Origin: Zygnema circumcarinatum SAG 698-1b
Lineage: Eukaryota; Plantae; Zygnematophyceae
NCBI GenBank assembly: GCA_037447605.1
Contig: CM074804.1
Location: forward strand, 4,069,909-4,133,908
Length of the DNA: 64,000 nt
Direction of reading: 5' to 3'
Shown piece by piece: positions 1 through 12,067 of this stretch. Within the stretch, counting starts at the first letter, position 1, and every line of letters starts with the position of its first letter. The notes below the pieces were generated by a model. That model was not told where the DNA came from and searched no databases. It worked only from the letters and a program-made list of their open reading frames with translations. Both the position numbers and the translations under genes were made by a program.

Positions 1-184
1 GTGTTTCCAACATTTCTTAAAATATTACCTTAGAACTTTATTAGGAAGTAGCAGAACGTATGAAGTTGTCTATCCATTTATTATATTGATTGTATCCCTT
101 ACTTTTTACTTGTGCAATAGGGTTTTTAACTTTTGTGCATTTAAATTTCAATCTCCCTCTTATTTTTCACGTCTATTTTTTCAG

Positions 185-3100
185 ACGAGTTTGAGTTGGA
201 TCCTCTACTCTCAATTTTTGAAGCAAGTTACGTTCAAAGCGAGCAAGATGCTGGGATGTGGAAGGTCGTTCGCTTGTCCTTTCCCAAAATCTTCCGGCTC
301 AAGAATATGCACAAGCATTTCCATGTTGGCAAGGCGCTTGTGGCGTTGAGAAAGGTCAAGAAGAGCTCCCTCGGAAATTTTTTGCCCTCGAAGCACCCTG
401 ACGTACAGCTGTGCCTGCACAGGTGAGCTACGTTTGTGTTGGAATATGTGCATTTAAATTACTATTTCGCTGTAATATGGATTCAGTGTGTAACGTCAAT
501 GATGTCGACGACGTTCACTTAAACTCCTGACATCATTAATAGAACTTGATAGTTTCTGGAAGATATTTGTTCGACTTTTTTGGAAGGCTTTTACAATAGC
601 TCTAGTTGGAACAGTAACTTTAATCAGAATCATAATTTTGATCCTGTTGGGTATTTCAAATTTGAATAAATCTAACCGCATTTATGTTGTCATACTAATT
701 GGCACTAACTTCATCCTGGACTTGCTGTGGTGTATTTCAGGGATGCAAACACCAACTTGGGTGTTTGCCCTCAAGGTTGGTTGGCCTTAGATAAGAAAGG
801 AACACGCAATTTGTCTATGTCTTTATTCGATGAGAACTACTTGGACATCAGATCGCCATCAAATGGAGACCTGCTGGATCAGACCATTCACGTCGAGATG
901 ACGGAAGGTGTGTTTCTGAATTTCAATGGAAGAAGAAAGAGTGATTTCTTAAAGCATTTTCGAATGTAAATTTTTGGAAGGCAGGCAGTTTGAAACGTTT
1001 TACTGCTATAGAAAACGTGTCAACTCATTGTGTTTGGTTGAATTAGGAACACAAGTATTTGCTGAGATTGCAAGTGCTTGGAGTGGCTGAAGAAAAATTG
1101 CATTTTGTGTTTGTTGTTGCATTGTCATAAACCAGGACAGGGTCCAATATAAGACCAATGTTGACCAACAATGTTGTCCAATGTCAACGGACAATTTCAA
1201 CAGAGCTGTCTGCTTGACATTGTCAGCATACATCATGATTAAGTTTATCCTTTGCTTGAAAGCTTTTCTATTCTAACCTTAACATGATTCCAATCACGGG
1301 TTGAAAACTGGTGTTTCACAGAATTTCAACTGTTCCGTGTATTTTTCTTCGTGACTGGTTTCGCCATGTTCATTATGGCGCCTTTTCTCAGTCAATGGTT
1401 GTTCTTTTACTACGGCAGTGGGATGCTACTTGGAGTACTCCTCATTTTGATCGTTATAATTTATCAGGTATTGGCAATCACTTCAATTCAAAGAGTTCCC
1501 TTTCTCTACCTCTTTCCTGTGGTCTATGGTCAGTAATATGAACATGGAAAATCTGTCGTCTTGATAATGACTACGGGGTTGTTCTTAACAGACCGTACGA
1601 CTACTACCGACTGGTCGGAAGGGGACATGGTACATCATCTTCTTTGGTTCACTAGTGAGTATGCTTTCCAAGCCATTGCGCATACTCAACAGATTCGTCT
1701 CTGTGCTTCCTCCGGCTTCGCTCTTTCTCTCTTCCCCCCCCCTCTCTACCACCCGTTCCTGATTCCTCTCTCATTTCTTGTATACTCTTCCTCTTTCACT
1801 CCCTCCTTTGGAGTCCTTAAACACCTATTGGCTAGTTGATTCCCCTTCGCAGCCGTGCCCGCAAGGGAGGCCTCCCAGACCTCTCCCTCCGCTTGCATTC
1901 GGGCATACTATTTTTCACTACCATTTGTTCCTTTCCCTGGACCCTTTCTCACAAACCCCCTCTGCTGTCTATTTCTGACCCTTTCTCCCTTAGTCTCCTT
2001 CCTCTCTTTTGCATAACCAACATCGTGAAAATGCTTCAATATTTTCTGCTTCTGCGTGTTAGACATTTTGTGGTTTAGGGTGATATTTGTATGGCAATCA
2101 ATGAGTTAAGCAGGGATCCCGTCTCCACTAAAAAACCAAAAAAGAACATACGACTACACATGCTGGTAACTGTATTAAGCGTCAGGTTCCGCTTGTGTTC
2201 TTTGTGATGCTCTGGCAGATAGGTATGGGCTCCTTAGTCTTGAATCTCTTTCTGGATCAAATAAGTAAGGCGTTCCAAGAGTTTGGCATCAGCGAAGACA
2301 CAAGCACTCCGGTGAGCGATTCTTACCCCCTCCCTTTCGTGTTTTCTAACCTTAAGTCAAGGAGGGTAAAATTATGTGTGATTCAAGAACACATCTCATT
2401 ATTTATCCGTCAATACAGGGGCATGTATTGTTGAGCTTCTTTGGTGCGTTCTCTGCATGCTCCTTTCAAGTTACTGCTCCAAAAAATCATTTTAGATGTT
2501 TCACAATGCACACGTCCTGAAGTCCCTCATCCAGTGTTTGGGATGTTGTAGAGAGATTATTTAACAAATTGTAACTCTATTCTCGTGCAGATTGCCATTG
2601 TGTGTACTGTCATGATTGCATTGGTCGGAGCTGCGCTCGGTTTCTGGGCAGTTCGAAAACTTTTACTGACAGAGCAAGGAGCATTAAATCCCCCGGTCGT
2701 TCATTTTGTGAAGTGGGGGATGCGCATACTTGGACTAGCTCTCCTTTCTCAGGTAAATCTCATTCCGCATGGGCTCAAAGGCTTCCATCTTTGTGACTTG
2801 TCTTTCCCTCTTTCACTTTCCCCTTCCTTCGGCTCCCGCCCACTCTTTCTCTTTCTCTCTATCTGTCTCCTGGTGTCTGCGTTTTTCTGATTCCGCATCT
2901 CCTTTATCTGCCGACCTTATCTCTCCTCTCTCTCACCTTCCCTCCCCCTATGCCTCTCCCCCTTTTCCTCATTTTCTGTTTCTCTGAATCCTTTTCCTTC
3001 TCTCCCTTGTCTTCGTCTCTTCCTCAATTTTCTCTGTTTCTGTCGTTTTTTATTCTCCCTTGTTCTTGCTTTCCTCCTCACATTTCTCCCTTTATCTCAT

Positions 3101-4307
3101 CTCCTACTTTTTTCACCTTCGCCCATTTTTGCTCATGTCGTCTTTCTTCTCTCCCTATTGCTTCCTCTTTGTTGCCTTCTCCTTCTCCCGTTCCCTCCCC
3201 TCTTATCGTTTATCCCGCAGCAGAATCTTAACAGTGGGTTCTGAAAAGCTCTATGTAGCCAGTGGAGCCTTTCTCACTCCTCCCCTCTGTGCTCCTGCAG
3301 AGCTCCATAGACCTTCCGCAGGCCACTTTGGCTACCCTGCTGGTTGTCGCTACCTCCTCACTCCATGTCATGCCGCAGCTATTCGTATCATGGTGAGTTT
3401 TTTGAAGCTCCTCTGTCAATGGAGCTCAAGGATCCTTTACAGAAAGGACGAGATTAGTACTGTCTTGAGCCTTCTGTTGTAGTCTGCGTCATGCTTCTGT
3501 GATTGGGAAGAGCGGAACACCTTTTACTTCTATAGGTGTATGCATAAGGAGTGTATGGGGAGGGAGTTACGTACTGAAACACGAGTGTAGAATACAAGAA
3601 ATCGTTTGTCTATCTGAATATTGGTCCACGACCTTTTCAAAACATGCAAGATACTTTGGGATAATTCAAACAAAGATGTTTGATTTCTTCAATATAGTAG
3701 ATGATCTTGAAAGTTCATAAAAGTTGAGTGTTTATTTTTTGTATGTGCTCTATGCAGGAGGAGGAAGCGACGTGGACAGCAGCCTCGTCGTACCTTCGCT
3801 CCCACAGTTCAAGGTAAATTTCTGAAACCCTGATATCGCTAAAGACCTCAAAGATGTAGAAAAGACATTACAGTTGGCTTCCTGGAACATGGTGAAGTCC
3901 TTAATGACTTTCCCCCTCTCGTCCGTCTCTCTTTTTTTACCATCATTTGTCTGAAATTGCGTTGTCTTGCAGGCAACTATGGACGTGGCTTCATGCCAGC
4001 ACACATTCAGCGCATGGCTTCTCCTTCTGCCTACCATCACTCTCCATCCCTCCGCCTTAAAAGTAGGGTGGAAGCTGAGCGAATCTCTAGAGAATGTACT
4101 CAAGCTGCTCTCCGGGCTTTAGTCGGCTCTTCCAGTTTTCGTTCGTGGGTGTTGCGGAACCTCGACTGTATAGTGGTAGCACCTCCTGTGCGGCGAGAGG
4201 AAAGGACTGAGGAGGAGATTAGGGCTACAGCAGATATGGGTGAGGAGGATGGAGAGGTTGAGGAGATAGAAGAGGAAGTGTATGAGGACGAGTATGATGA
4301 AGAGTAG
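185..4307 (+). CDS. NEMP: Nuclear envelope integral membrane protein (NEMP/TMEM194, DUF2215); multi-exon, 5' end lies upstream of the window
   Basis: Spliced exons give FLSQWLFFYYGSGMLLGVLLILIVIIYQ / TVRLLPTGRKGTWYIIFFGSL / IAIVCTVMIALVGAALGFWAVRKLLLTEQG...HFVKWGMRILG / SSIDLPQA, and a C-terminal ECTQAALRALVGSSSFRSWVLRNLD followed by an acidic tail. These match remembered plant NEMP motifs. GT-AG boundaries are present (e.g. 185-421, 3300-3392, last exon ending at 4307). Confidence 0.85.
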
Positions 4308-4944
4308 GAGTGTGTGGGGTTGTGGAGATACGTAAACGGGAGAAGGAAGGAAGGAAGGAAGCCGAGGCGAAGGGAGAGGAGGAGAAGGGGAGTGGGCAAA
4401 TCAAATTGGATATGGGACATGACAGGGAGTACAGCAGGGAATACGATAGTGTATGAGAAGGGAGGACGTTCGATGGTTCCACATGTTTAGCGAAGAGAGT
4501 AAGAGAAAGAAAAAAGATTGTGAACTCGCTTCTTTCGTAGCCTACAAGGTACTCTTCACGTGATTCCCTTCAGCCCTTCTTAGAGCCCAGTTCACTTTCT
4601 TTTTTTCCTCTTAAGGACTTCAAGTTGGGTAGGCAATCAATCATAGGCGTAGTCAGAGTTCGTCAAAGGCCGTTAATTGAATTTGGTAGAATTAGACGAA
4701 GCAATCCCGTGACTCTCGTCTCTCTCTTTGTCGCATTTCTTTTCTCTTCACATTTGTTTTTAGCAGTGTTGTACATAGGGGAGTTGTACATAGGCCTTTT
4801 CCACTTACACGGGAGGATTTTTCCCCTTGAGATTCACCTTTTTCAGTTGTTTAGCTCATGGATGCCGGTCTGTAGTTACTTCAAAGTAGCAAGAGGAGAT
4901 GGCTATGGAATTCCATGCCAATGTTGCACATTGCTAAAGAGTAA

Positions 4945-5035
4945 AAGGAATGTGGCATTGATCTCACGATAGCAAATGCCATCAAATGTACATGGACAAA
5001 ATCAGCATGGGGAACCATGAGGAACTGGCCCCAAA
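4945..5035 (+). repeat. Dispersed repeat family A copy (core GGCATTGATCTCACGAT...CCATCAAATGTACATGGACAAA..CAGCATGGGGAAC)
   Basis: Matches the reverse complements at about 28120-28215 and 55060-55155. Confidence 0.8.
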
Positions 5036-6459
5036 GGACCTGAGCACAATAGAAAAAAGCTAGGAGCTGAAAGTTGCGGCTAGGCCCAACACCGCTTCAA
5101 CCCCCCCCTCGTAGCAGCCGCGACGGTCACCGATCGATGTGCGGCACATCACATCGAGCGGAGGGAGGGAGGGAGGGAGGGAGAGAGAGAGAGAGAGAGG
5201 GGATGAGAAAGGGAGGGAGAGAGGGAGGCAAGGAGGGAGGGATGGAGGGAGGGAGGGAGGGAGGAAGGAAGGGAGCGACGCAAGGTCACCGCTACGCACG
5301 GCCACCAACAACCAGCCATGGCTTCACCCCGGAGGAGCGGAGGAGCGAGGAGGGCAGCGGAGGGGAACCCTTGGATGCACGGACGGCACTTTGCGCGTTT
5401 CCTTGCGGCATTGTTCCACAGCCCGTAGCGCGGCCAGCCGAGAGCATGTGTCGGCCCTGAACCAGGTCCAGGCCTGCGCTCACACTTGCGGCAACAACAG
5501 CGACTTTGGCAAGTTCCACCTCGCAGCCGCCAAAACTTGCTCCCAGTTCGCGGCCAATGGGCGGGTGCCACGTCAGCACCGTAACCGGCTGGAAACGTAG
5601 GTCAGACGCTAGGCCCACGTCGGCTGGCCTCGGCCTTCATTCCCGCCGCCCCAAATCTCTGCCAGCCGTCAGATTTTTCTGCCGGCCGGTCAAACTTGGC
5701 CTCCCCGACCTCCCCTCCCTTGCCCTCCGTAGCGCGAAAGCAAGATGTGACCGTCAGAAATTCTGCCGGCCAAGCTCCCTCCCGCCGGCCGGCCGTCAGT
5801 CCGCGGGGGCAATTTCTCGCCGTGTGGCCGTTGGGCCGCGTCCGTCCGTCCGTCCGTCCGTCCGTCCGTCCGTCGGTCGGTCCGTCGGTTGGTCGGTCGC
5901 CGGCGCGGGGAAGCGTCGCTAGCACGCCTTCGTTCGCGTCGCCAAGAGTCGCACGAAGTCGTCAGCCAATCGCAGCGCAGCTCTGCGACGCGTGGGCCCC
6001 CATTTGGGGGTCGGTCCATCCTGCACAAGTCAGCGCGCGGGAGAGGACGTGCAGCACACGGCGGAAGGGAAGGAGAAAGGGAGCGTGCTAGAGGCGGCAG
6101 CCATGGCGGATGGGGCACGCATGCAGCCCGGCTCGGCGGGGGCCACGTCATGCAGGGCCATGGCATGGGAGTGCGGCCGGGCACTCTAGAGGGGGCTGTA
6201 TTTTTAGCTGAGGGGGAGGGGGAGGTGAGGGAGGTCTTGTCGCTGGAAACCCTGATTAGGTCGCAGAAAGATTTGAGGTTTCCGGGTGTAGATTACAGGG
6301 TGCATGATCAGAAAATCGGGGTTTTGGAAGGGGAGGGGAAGTGGAGAGAGCGTCAAGTATATGGATAAGGGTGGGTGGAGAATAATGACGAATTGTAAGG
6401 TTAGGGTTTCTGCTGTTAGGAATTGAAGTTGTTTATACTTCATTTTCCTCTTGTTCAAT

Positions 6460-9366
6460 ATGTCACCGGAGAATTTACCGCTGTCGTGTCCAAAGCTTCC
6501 GCCAGGTTTTCGGTTCCGCCCTTCAGAGGAGGAGTTAGTGGGCTATTTTTTGAAGAGTAAACTCTGCAAGGTTGTGACGCTAGGTGTCACCATACCAGAA
6601 CTTGATGTGTACAAAATGGAGCCGGCAGAGATTGCAGGTAAGATGGTGGTTGCGACGCCGAATTTTGACTCCAATAGGTGGAACTTTTTGATTTTCTTTT
6701 TGTTGTTGGTACTTCCTTTCTTTTGCTCTCAGTAGATGGAACCTCCTCCTCCTCATCCCTGTTTACAATATGGTTAAGAGGCAGGAGTGTACACCTGATG
6801 TTGAACCAGGAATTTGAGAATGCGCTGTCTTATTTTTCTTTCTGTCGTTAATCTGTCTTCACGAGTTTAAGTTCTTTTTTTTGCTTTTTTTTTCCCTTTA
6901 GTTCGTCTGAGGCGTGTATGTGATTAGAAGAGGATCTCTATCACGAATCTTCATCGCTGTTTGTTTATGTCTTTTGCCACACGTTGTGAGTTCAAATGAG
7001 AAGCGGAAATTGACTCACAAGGAATTACTGTTTTGCAGCCATGCAAACCAACTACGGTACAAAGGACCGTTATTTCTTTATCCAGCAAAATGCGGTTCGC
7101 TCTACACCGAAAGGTTTTTGGAAGTGTCAAAAAATTGGTCCTTTAATGAACGAGCGAGGAGGAGAATCGCCGGTTCCAGCGTTGAAGGCGACTTTTGTGT
7201 ACTGTGAAGGGCGGGCTCCAAAAGGGAAACCCACGAGCTGGCTTATGGATGAGTTTCGTTTTAAGGAAAATAATCCGGCAAATTTGCCTGTGAGTATTTG
7301 GTCCTGTAGTGTCCCTAGTCTGGCACGTTCGTGCTGTTCATGGAACGTCTCACTCGTTAGACGTTTGTGGTTGTGGCTGATGGTTTGTGGGTGGTTTTAT
7401 TTCTAGTGTGGGTTCTATTATTTCCTGTGCCTTCCGCTTCTGGGATTTTGCAGCAGGAGATTTAGGTGTGGGTGTGATGCTTAGCACCCGAACAGCAATT
7501 GGCTGGCTTTCTTGGTTTAACTGAGTTTTTTTTTCAACCAAACTGTGACTATGGGCCTCGAACCTGGCTTTTGCGGTCTGTTTCATGCCGAGTTTTCGTT
7601 TTACATTTCTTGAAATTTGGCTGGTACAGCCAAATTTTGGAACTGAAACATTGATTTCTTTGAGAGAATGGTAAAACTCTGGTACATGAAGTGTGCCCTA
7701 CCAGCTTTTTGTTGAAGTCGTTCGAATTTTTAGGGTTCTGCACATTTTTAGCGTAGCGTGAATATTAGTGATTCATCGTTTTGACTGGTAATATTGGCGT
7801 CGGAAAAACTGCGGAGCTTTCAGTATTGTGCAATAGAAAGACCTCACTGCCATTCTGTAGTGCATCCTATACTGTTGTTGGGATGGGCTACAGCAGTTCC
7901 CTACATAGTTTATCAGTTTTTGCGTTGCTCGTAGCACAATTCCGCTCTCCTTGACAGTACCTTTTCGCAAGGAAGTAGGGCTTATTTACTAATATAGTAG
8001 TCGCTGAAGGTAGCAATAGCTACTTACATTACCCCAGAGGTGAAGCATAGCGTATCTTCCCAGTAGATTGAAATCTTGCTTTATCAGATGGTCTTTCGCA
8101 GATTTACAGATATATTCTGGTTTTGACCTTTGGTTATCTAATGCCACTAATGAGACAGTCTAGACTTCAGAAGATGTGGGAGCGAGAGAGAGACACAGAT
8201 TTTCGTATCAAAGAGAGTGTGATGCTGCCCTCTCTATTAGCTTACTGAAGAGTCAAAAGGTGATTGGGGCAGATGGTGCCTTCCATCTGACCTCCCATGC
8301 GGTGCGAACTCAACTGCGCATCACATGTGCACTTAATCCAACGCTGTGCCATGCTGAACTGTAAAAATTTGACGATATCGGGGAAGGTCAGTTTGCATAC
8401 GTCGGTACACTTCATGTGTGCATCCACTGACCCAAGTGCTATCGTTTACTCCCGTGGCTTGTGTGTGTGTCTCTGGCTTTGGGATGATTTGTGAGAGTCC
8501 GGACCTTGGGGTGGGAGGTTGGAGAGTCTCTTTTGCCCCTTGCAATGTGTTGAAATCCGCTTGGTCTCTTCTGTTGTTATTGTATTTCTTACAGGTCCAG
8601 TTAAGAAACTATTCTATGCTTCTCTCTTTATTGGAAACGTTATCGTCCTTTGAAAGCATAGAAGGAACTTATGTGGAGGATTTATCTCCAAAACCCCTAG
8701 ACCCTGGAATTCCGGTATTGTAGAGTCTTTGCCTGGGCCTGACGTCGTTTCTGACCTATGCCGAGAAGGTTCTGGTTGATGGGCTTGCAGACAGACTATG
8801 CAATCTGTCACCTTAGAAATTTGAAGAATAAGGCGGAGAGGGGCCTCAAACGATGTGGTGCGGGCCAGCGGGAGGGCCATGCCATGAAGCAGCAGCAGCA
8901 CCCCATGGTACTTGTGGACATCCTTGAGTCGACTTCTAGTGGTTCCATGTCATCCTGTGTAGTAGGAGGCGTGGCATGCCCTTCATCAGGGCACGAGGGG
9001 CATCATCATCATCATCATGGCCATGGCCATGTTCATGGTCATGGTCATGGGCATGGTCATGGTCATGGGCATGGGCATGGGCATGAGTATGGGCATGGGC
9101 ATCGGCATGGTTATGGCCATAGGCCTCAGAGAGACGCCCATGAGACGGCTTTTCATGTGAGGGATTACGTGGAGGGGACTGGAGATACAAGCACGGGTGA
9201 GGGAACAGATAGTAAGCCTGGAAAGGAAGGGAGAGAAGGGAAGAGAGGCCATCGAGGCTCATGCAGGCGGCTTGACAAGGAAGGGAGCCCAGGGAAGAGA
9301 GTGAGAAATGCAGTATTGCAGGAAGGAGATACGGTATCCTCCGAGACGCGATTTAGTTGCATGTGA
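6460..9366 (+). CDS. NAC-domain transcription factor (divergent) with a His/Gly-rich C-terminal region
   Basis: Exon 6460-6637 gives LPPGFRFRPSEEELVGYFL...IPELDVYKMEP (subdomains A-B). Exon 7039-7289 gives RYFF...GFWK...KATFVYCEGRAPKGKPTSWLMDEFR (C-D). The exon from 8791 gives DYAICHL (E). Phases are consistent. The stop is at 9366, or at 9613 if an extra terminal exon is spliced. Confidence 0.9.
8992..9120 (+). repeat. (CAT)n and (CATGGN)n coding repeat encoding GHEGHHHHHHGHGHVHGHGHGHG...
   Basis: Seen directly in the last NAC exon. Confidence 0.9.
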
Positions 9367-9951
9367 AGGTTGGCGGGGGGAAGGGGGAGGGAGTGGAGGG
9401 GGCTAGTTTCGGGAGTTACATAGAGCTTTGTGTAAGCGTATTAATAAATTCGGTCCACGCGGCATTATGCCTTTACTCTTTGACATCTCTTGTTCCTCTC
9501 AACTCTCCTTTCGGCCTTCTCGTGTGTCTGTGTCGTCCCGCGAACCGAAACAGACAGATCATATTTTCAACGAGAGGCATGCTCCAAATGATGTGATATT
9601 GTGGCAACGTTGAGGAACATCTTGCAACTCATTTGCCAACGCTTCTTTATGTAAACGTTGTGAGTGGCTGAGCCCCATTCCCTCCATTCATTGAGGCGTT
9701 ATGGATCTCTCCACTACGAATGATAGACCGTGAATTTTCTCCGTCGTAAAGCCTCGAACGTGCAAGAAATGGCTCAGTAGAGCCAAGCCAAACATTGTAG
9801 AAAGAAATGTTTATCTAACTACAACCCTATACATGGAGCTAGCTAGTGGATGCTTCTAAAATGCTTCTTAGAGACTAGCGTTGTGTATAGCAAAAGCCAA
9901 AATCCCTTTAAGGTGTAAACTTCAATGGTGTGTAGTCGCATGCCAAGGCGG

Positions 9952-11179
9952 TCAAATCCCAAATCGCCATCCGCTCTGAAAGTTTCCCTCCGCGTTAAGC
10001 ATGTCCAACTCCAAGATCCACCTTGGCCCGAGAAGCTCCACAATTTTCGATTTGTGCAATGGTCCCGCCTTCACTCCCTTGAACCCAGGCGTGAGATCCA
10101 CGAGAGCGATTGTTTTATCCACTGCATCTTTGTCATCTCCGCATACAAATACGCTGTGGGGATTGCTGGCTGGGGGCGGATTGTCCAGCAATTTCTGCGT
10201 GGGAGTAAACCCTAATTCAGATGAATGTGGCCAAAGTAAACAGAAAGAATGTAACGGTGTTCCCATCATATTCAAGCCCTAGCATAAACATACCTAACGC
10301 CACAGGCACTCCGCAACAAATGGAAGTGAGTAGAAGAAGGGAGAGGAGGGCGAGTGAAGCGCGCCCACGGAGCGAGGGAGAGAGGGAGGCAGAAAGGGGG
10401 AGGGAGGGAGGGAGGGAGAGGGACCCAGAACGTAGACTTCCAAGCAGTGGTCCATCTCGCAGGCACTCCGAGCGCCTCCTGGTTGAGCAGAGTGGAGGAG
10501 GTCTGCCCCCAATGGCTCTCATCGAGCATATAGAGAACGTTGGTTACATCTACAACCAACTTTCCTGCCAGCTCTCCCGCCATACTTCGCAGCATCTCGC
10601 CTCGCTCTTCCAACGTGCCCTGCACGCCCTCTAAATAATGAGCAGCTAATTTAGTTTTTGGGGTTTCAAATTTTTACAAGGTTCTCTCTCCAGTTGCGCT
10701 TTCAAAATTGAGGGGTCTTAAACAAAGGTCATGGGTTTTAGCCCGCTTTGCATATAGCTACAGTTGTCACCGGTGAGCAGTAAGTAAGCTTGGAGTACAT
10801 GCTTCAATCCCCGACAAGAGGACCGCGAATCTATAAAAGCAGGTTGAAAAGGTCCCTTCCTCCCTCTAAAGAGTTCAAGAAGATACTATTAAATGAGGCG
10901 AGACAAGCAACTAACCGCCAACAACGAGAGCCCTAATCCTACCTGGGGGCACCAAAAAATAACATCTCCAGCTGCAGCTGCTGCCTTGTTCTCGCATCCG
11001 CGTACGGCGGAGCCCGCCTCCCTCCCCACCTTCTCCGCATACTCCCTCGCCTTCTCCTCGGTCCGCGACCCCAACACCACGCGGCAGCCCGCACGCGCGT
11101 GGTTCCTCGCCAATGTGGAGCCCATTCGGCCCGTCCCCGGAATGAAAGCGAGCGTTAAGTCCTTCACAGATGCCGCCAT
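9952..11179 (-). CDS. NADPH-dependent F420 reductase-like / NADP oxidoreductase (NpdG/Fno, COG2085-type Rossmann fold); 3 exons, about 224 aa
   Basis: Exons 11179-10943, 10619-10425 and 10194-9952 splice in phase 0: MAASVKDLTLAFIPGTGRMGSTLARNHARAGCRVVLGSRTEEKA...AAAAGDVIFW / ...LAGKLVVDVTN...TAWKSTFW / ...VFVCGDDKDAV...AGPLHKSKIVE. The GTG.MG, GSR, DV.N and V.VCGDD..A motifs are typical of the family. Confidence 0.85.
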
Positions 11180-12067
11180 GGATTAGAGAGAGGAGAGAGA
11201 GTGGAAGAATGTCCCCATGCCCACCTTCGAGCCTCCTCCCGCACCTCGCCAGCTCCAACAATGGCAGCGCCTTTCGGCGTCTCCGCTGCGCGCCATGCAA
11301 GGCCGGCTCCGGCCTCGGCCCGACATTTTCCAGGGCAGCCCGGAAATAATTTCCTGCTGCCCAACCCAGGAAGTTTCCTCGAAGGCCTCTCTTGCGTGGA
11401 TTCCCCGCAAGCTGACGTCCGTGGCGTCACCCACCTACACCTGCGAGAGAGGCCTCTGATTGGTCGGCAGGCGGCCGCGAGCGGCGTAAGCGGACGTGGA
11501 GGCGTGGCGGACGGAGCGCGGTCGGCGGGGCCGGGACCGGCTAGCGCGCGCCACGTGGCGGCATCCCAGTGGCGGGCCGGACGCGGCGAGGCCCCGGGCG
11601 GGCGGGCGAAGGCGGGCCAGGCGTTGGCGGGGCCGCGCGCGCGGGCAGCGAAAAGGTTTGGGATCCGGGCAGGCAGGCGCGGGGATGCATCTCAGCAGGT
11701 GAAAAGTATTTTCTAAGTTGAGCCGTATTTGAATTGGAACGGTGGAGGCTGTACCGGATTGCTTTCGAAGCCGATTTAGAGATTTTTTAGGAATCGATAC
11801 TCTACCCCCGGGCAGAGGTGACGTGGGATTCAAAGCCGGCAGAGGGGGTGTTCGCACTGGGGCCCTTCTTGTCCGGTTCGGGCCGAACTTATTGCAGGAG
11901 GGAGGGAGGCAGGGTGTTGCTGCTGGTGCTGGTGCTGGTGCTGGTGCTGCATTTGGTTGGGAGCTGGAGCTGGTCGGCAAGTAGAGGGTTTGGAAGAACC
12001 AAGCAACGCGCTGAATATAGGCGGTAGGAGGCTGCTGTTTGGAAGCAGGAGAGCCTACTCGTCAGCC
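11180..12067. promoter_or_regulatory. Bidirectional promoter / 5'UTR region between the Fno-like gene and GAPN
   Basis: The divergent ATGs at 11179 and 12068 flank a GC-rich island containing a GCCACGTGGC G-box (about 11550), TGACGT, ATTGG, and a (GCTGGT)n tract at about 11920-11950. Confidence 0.65.
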
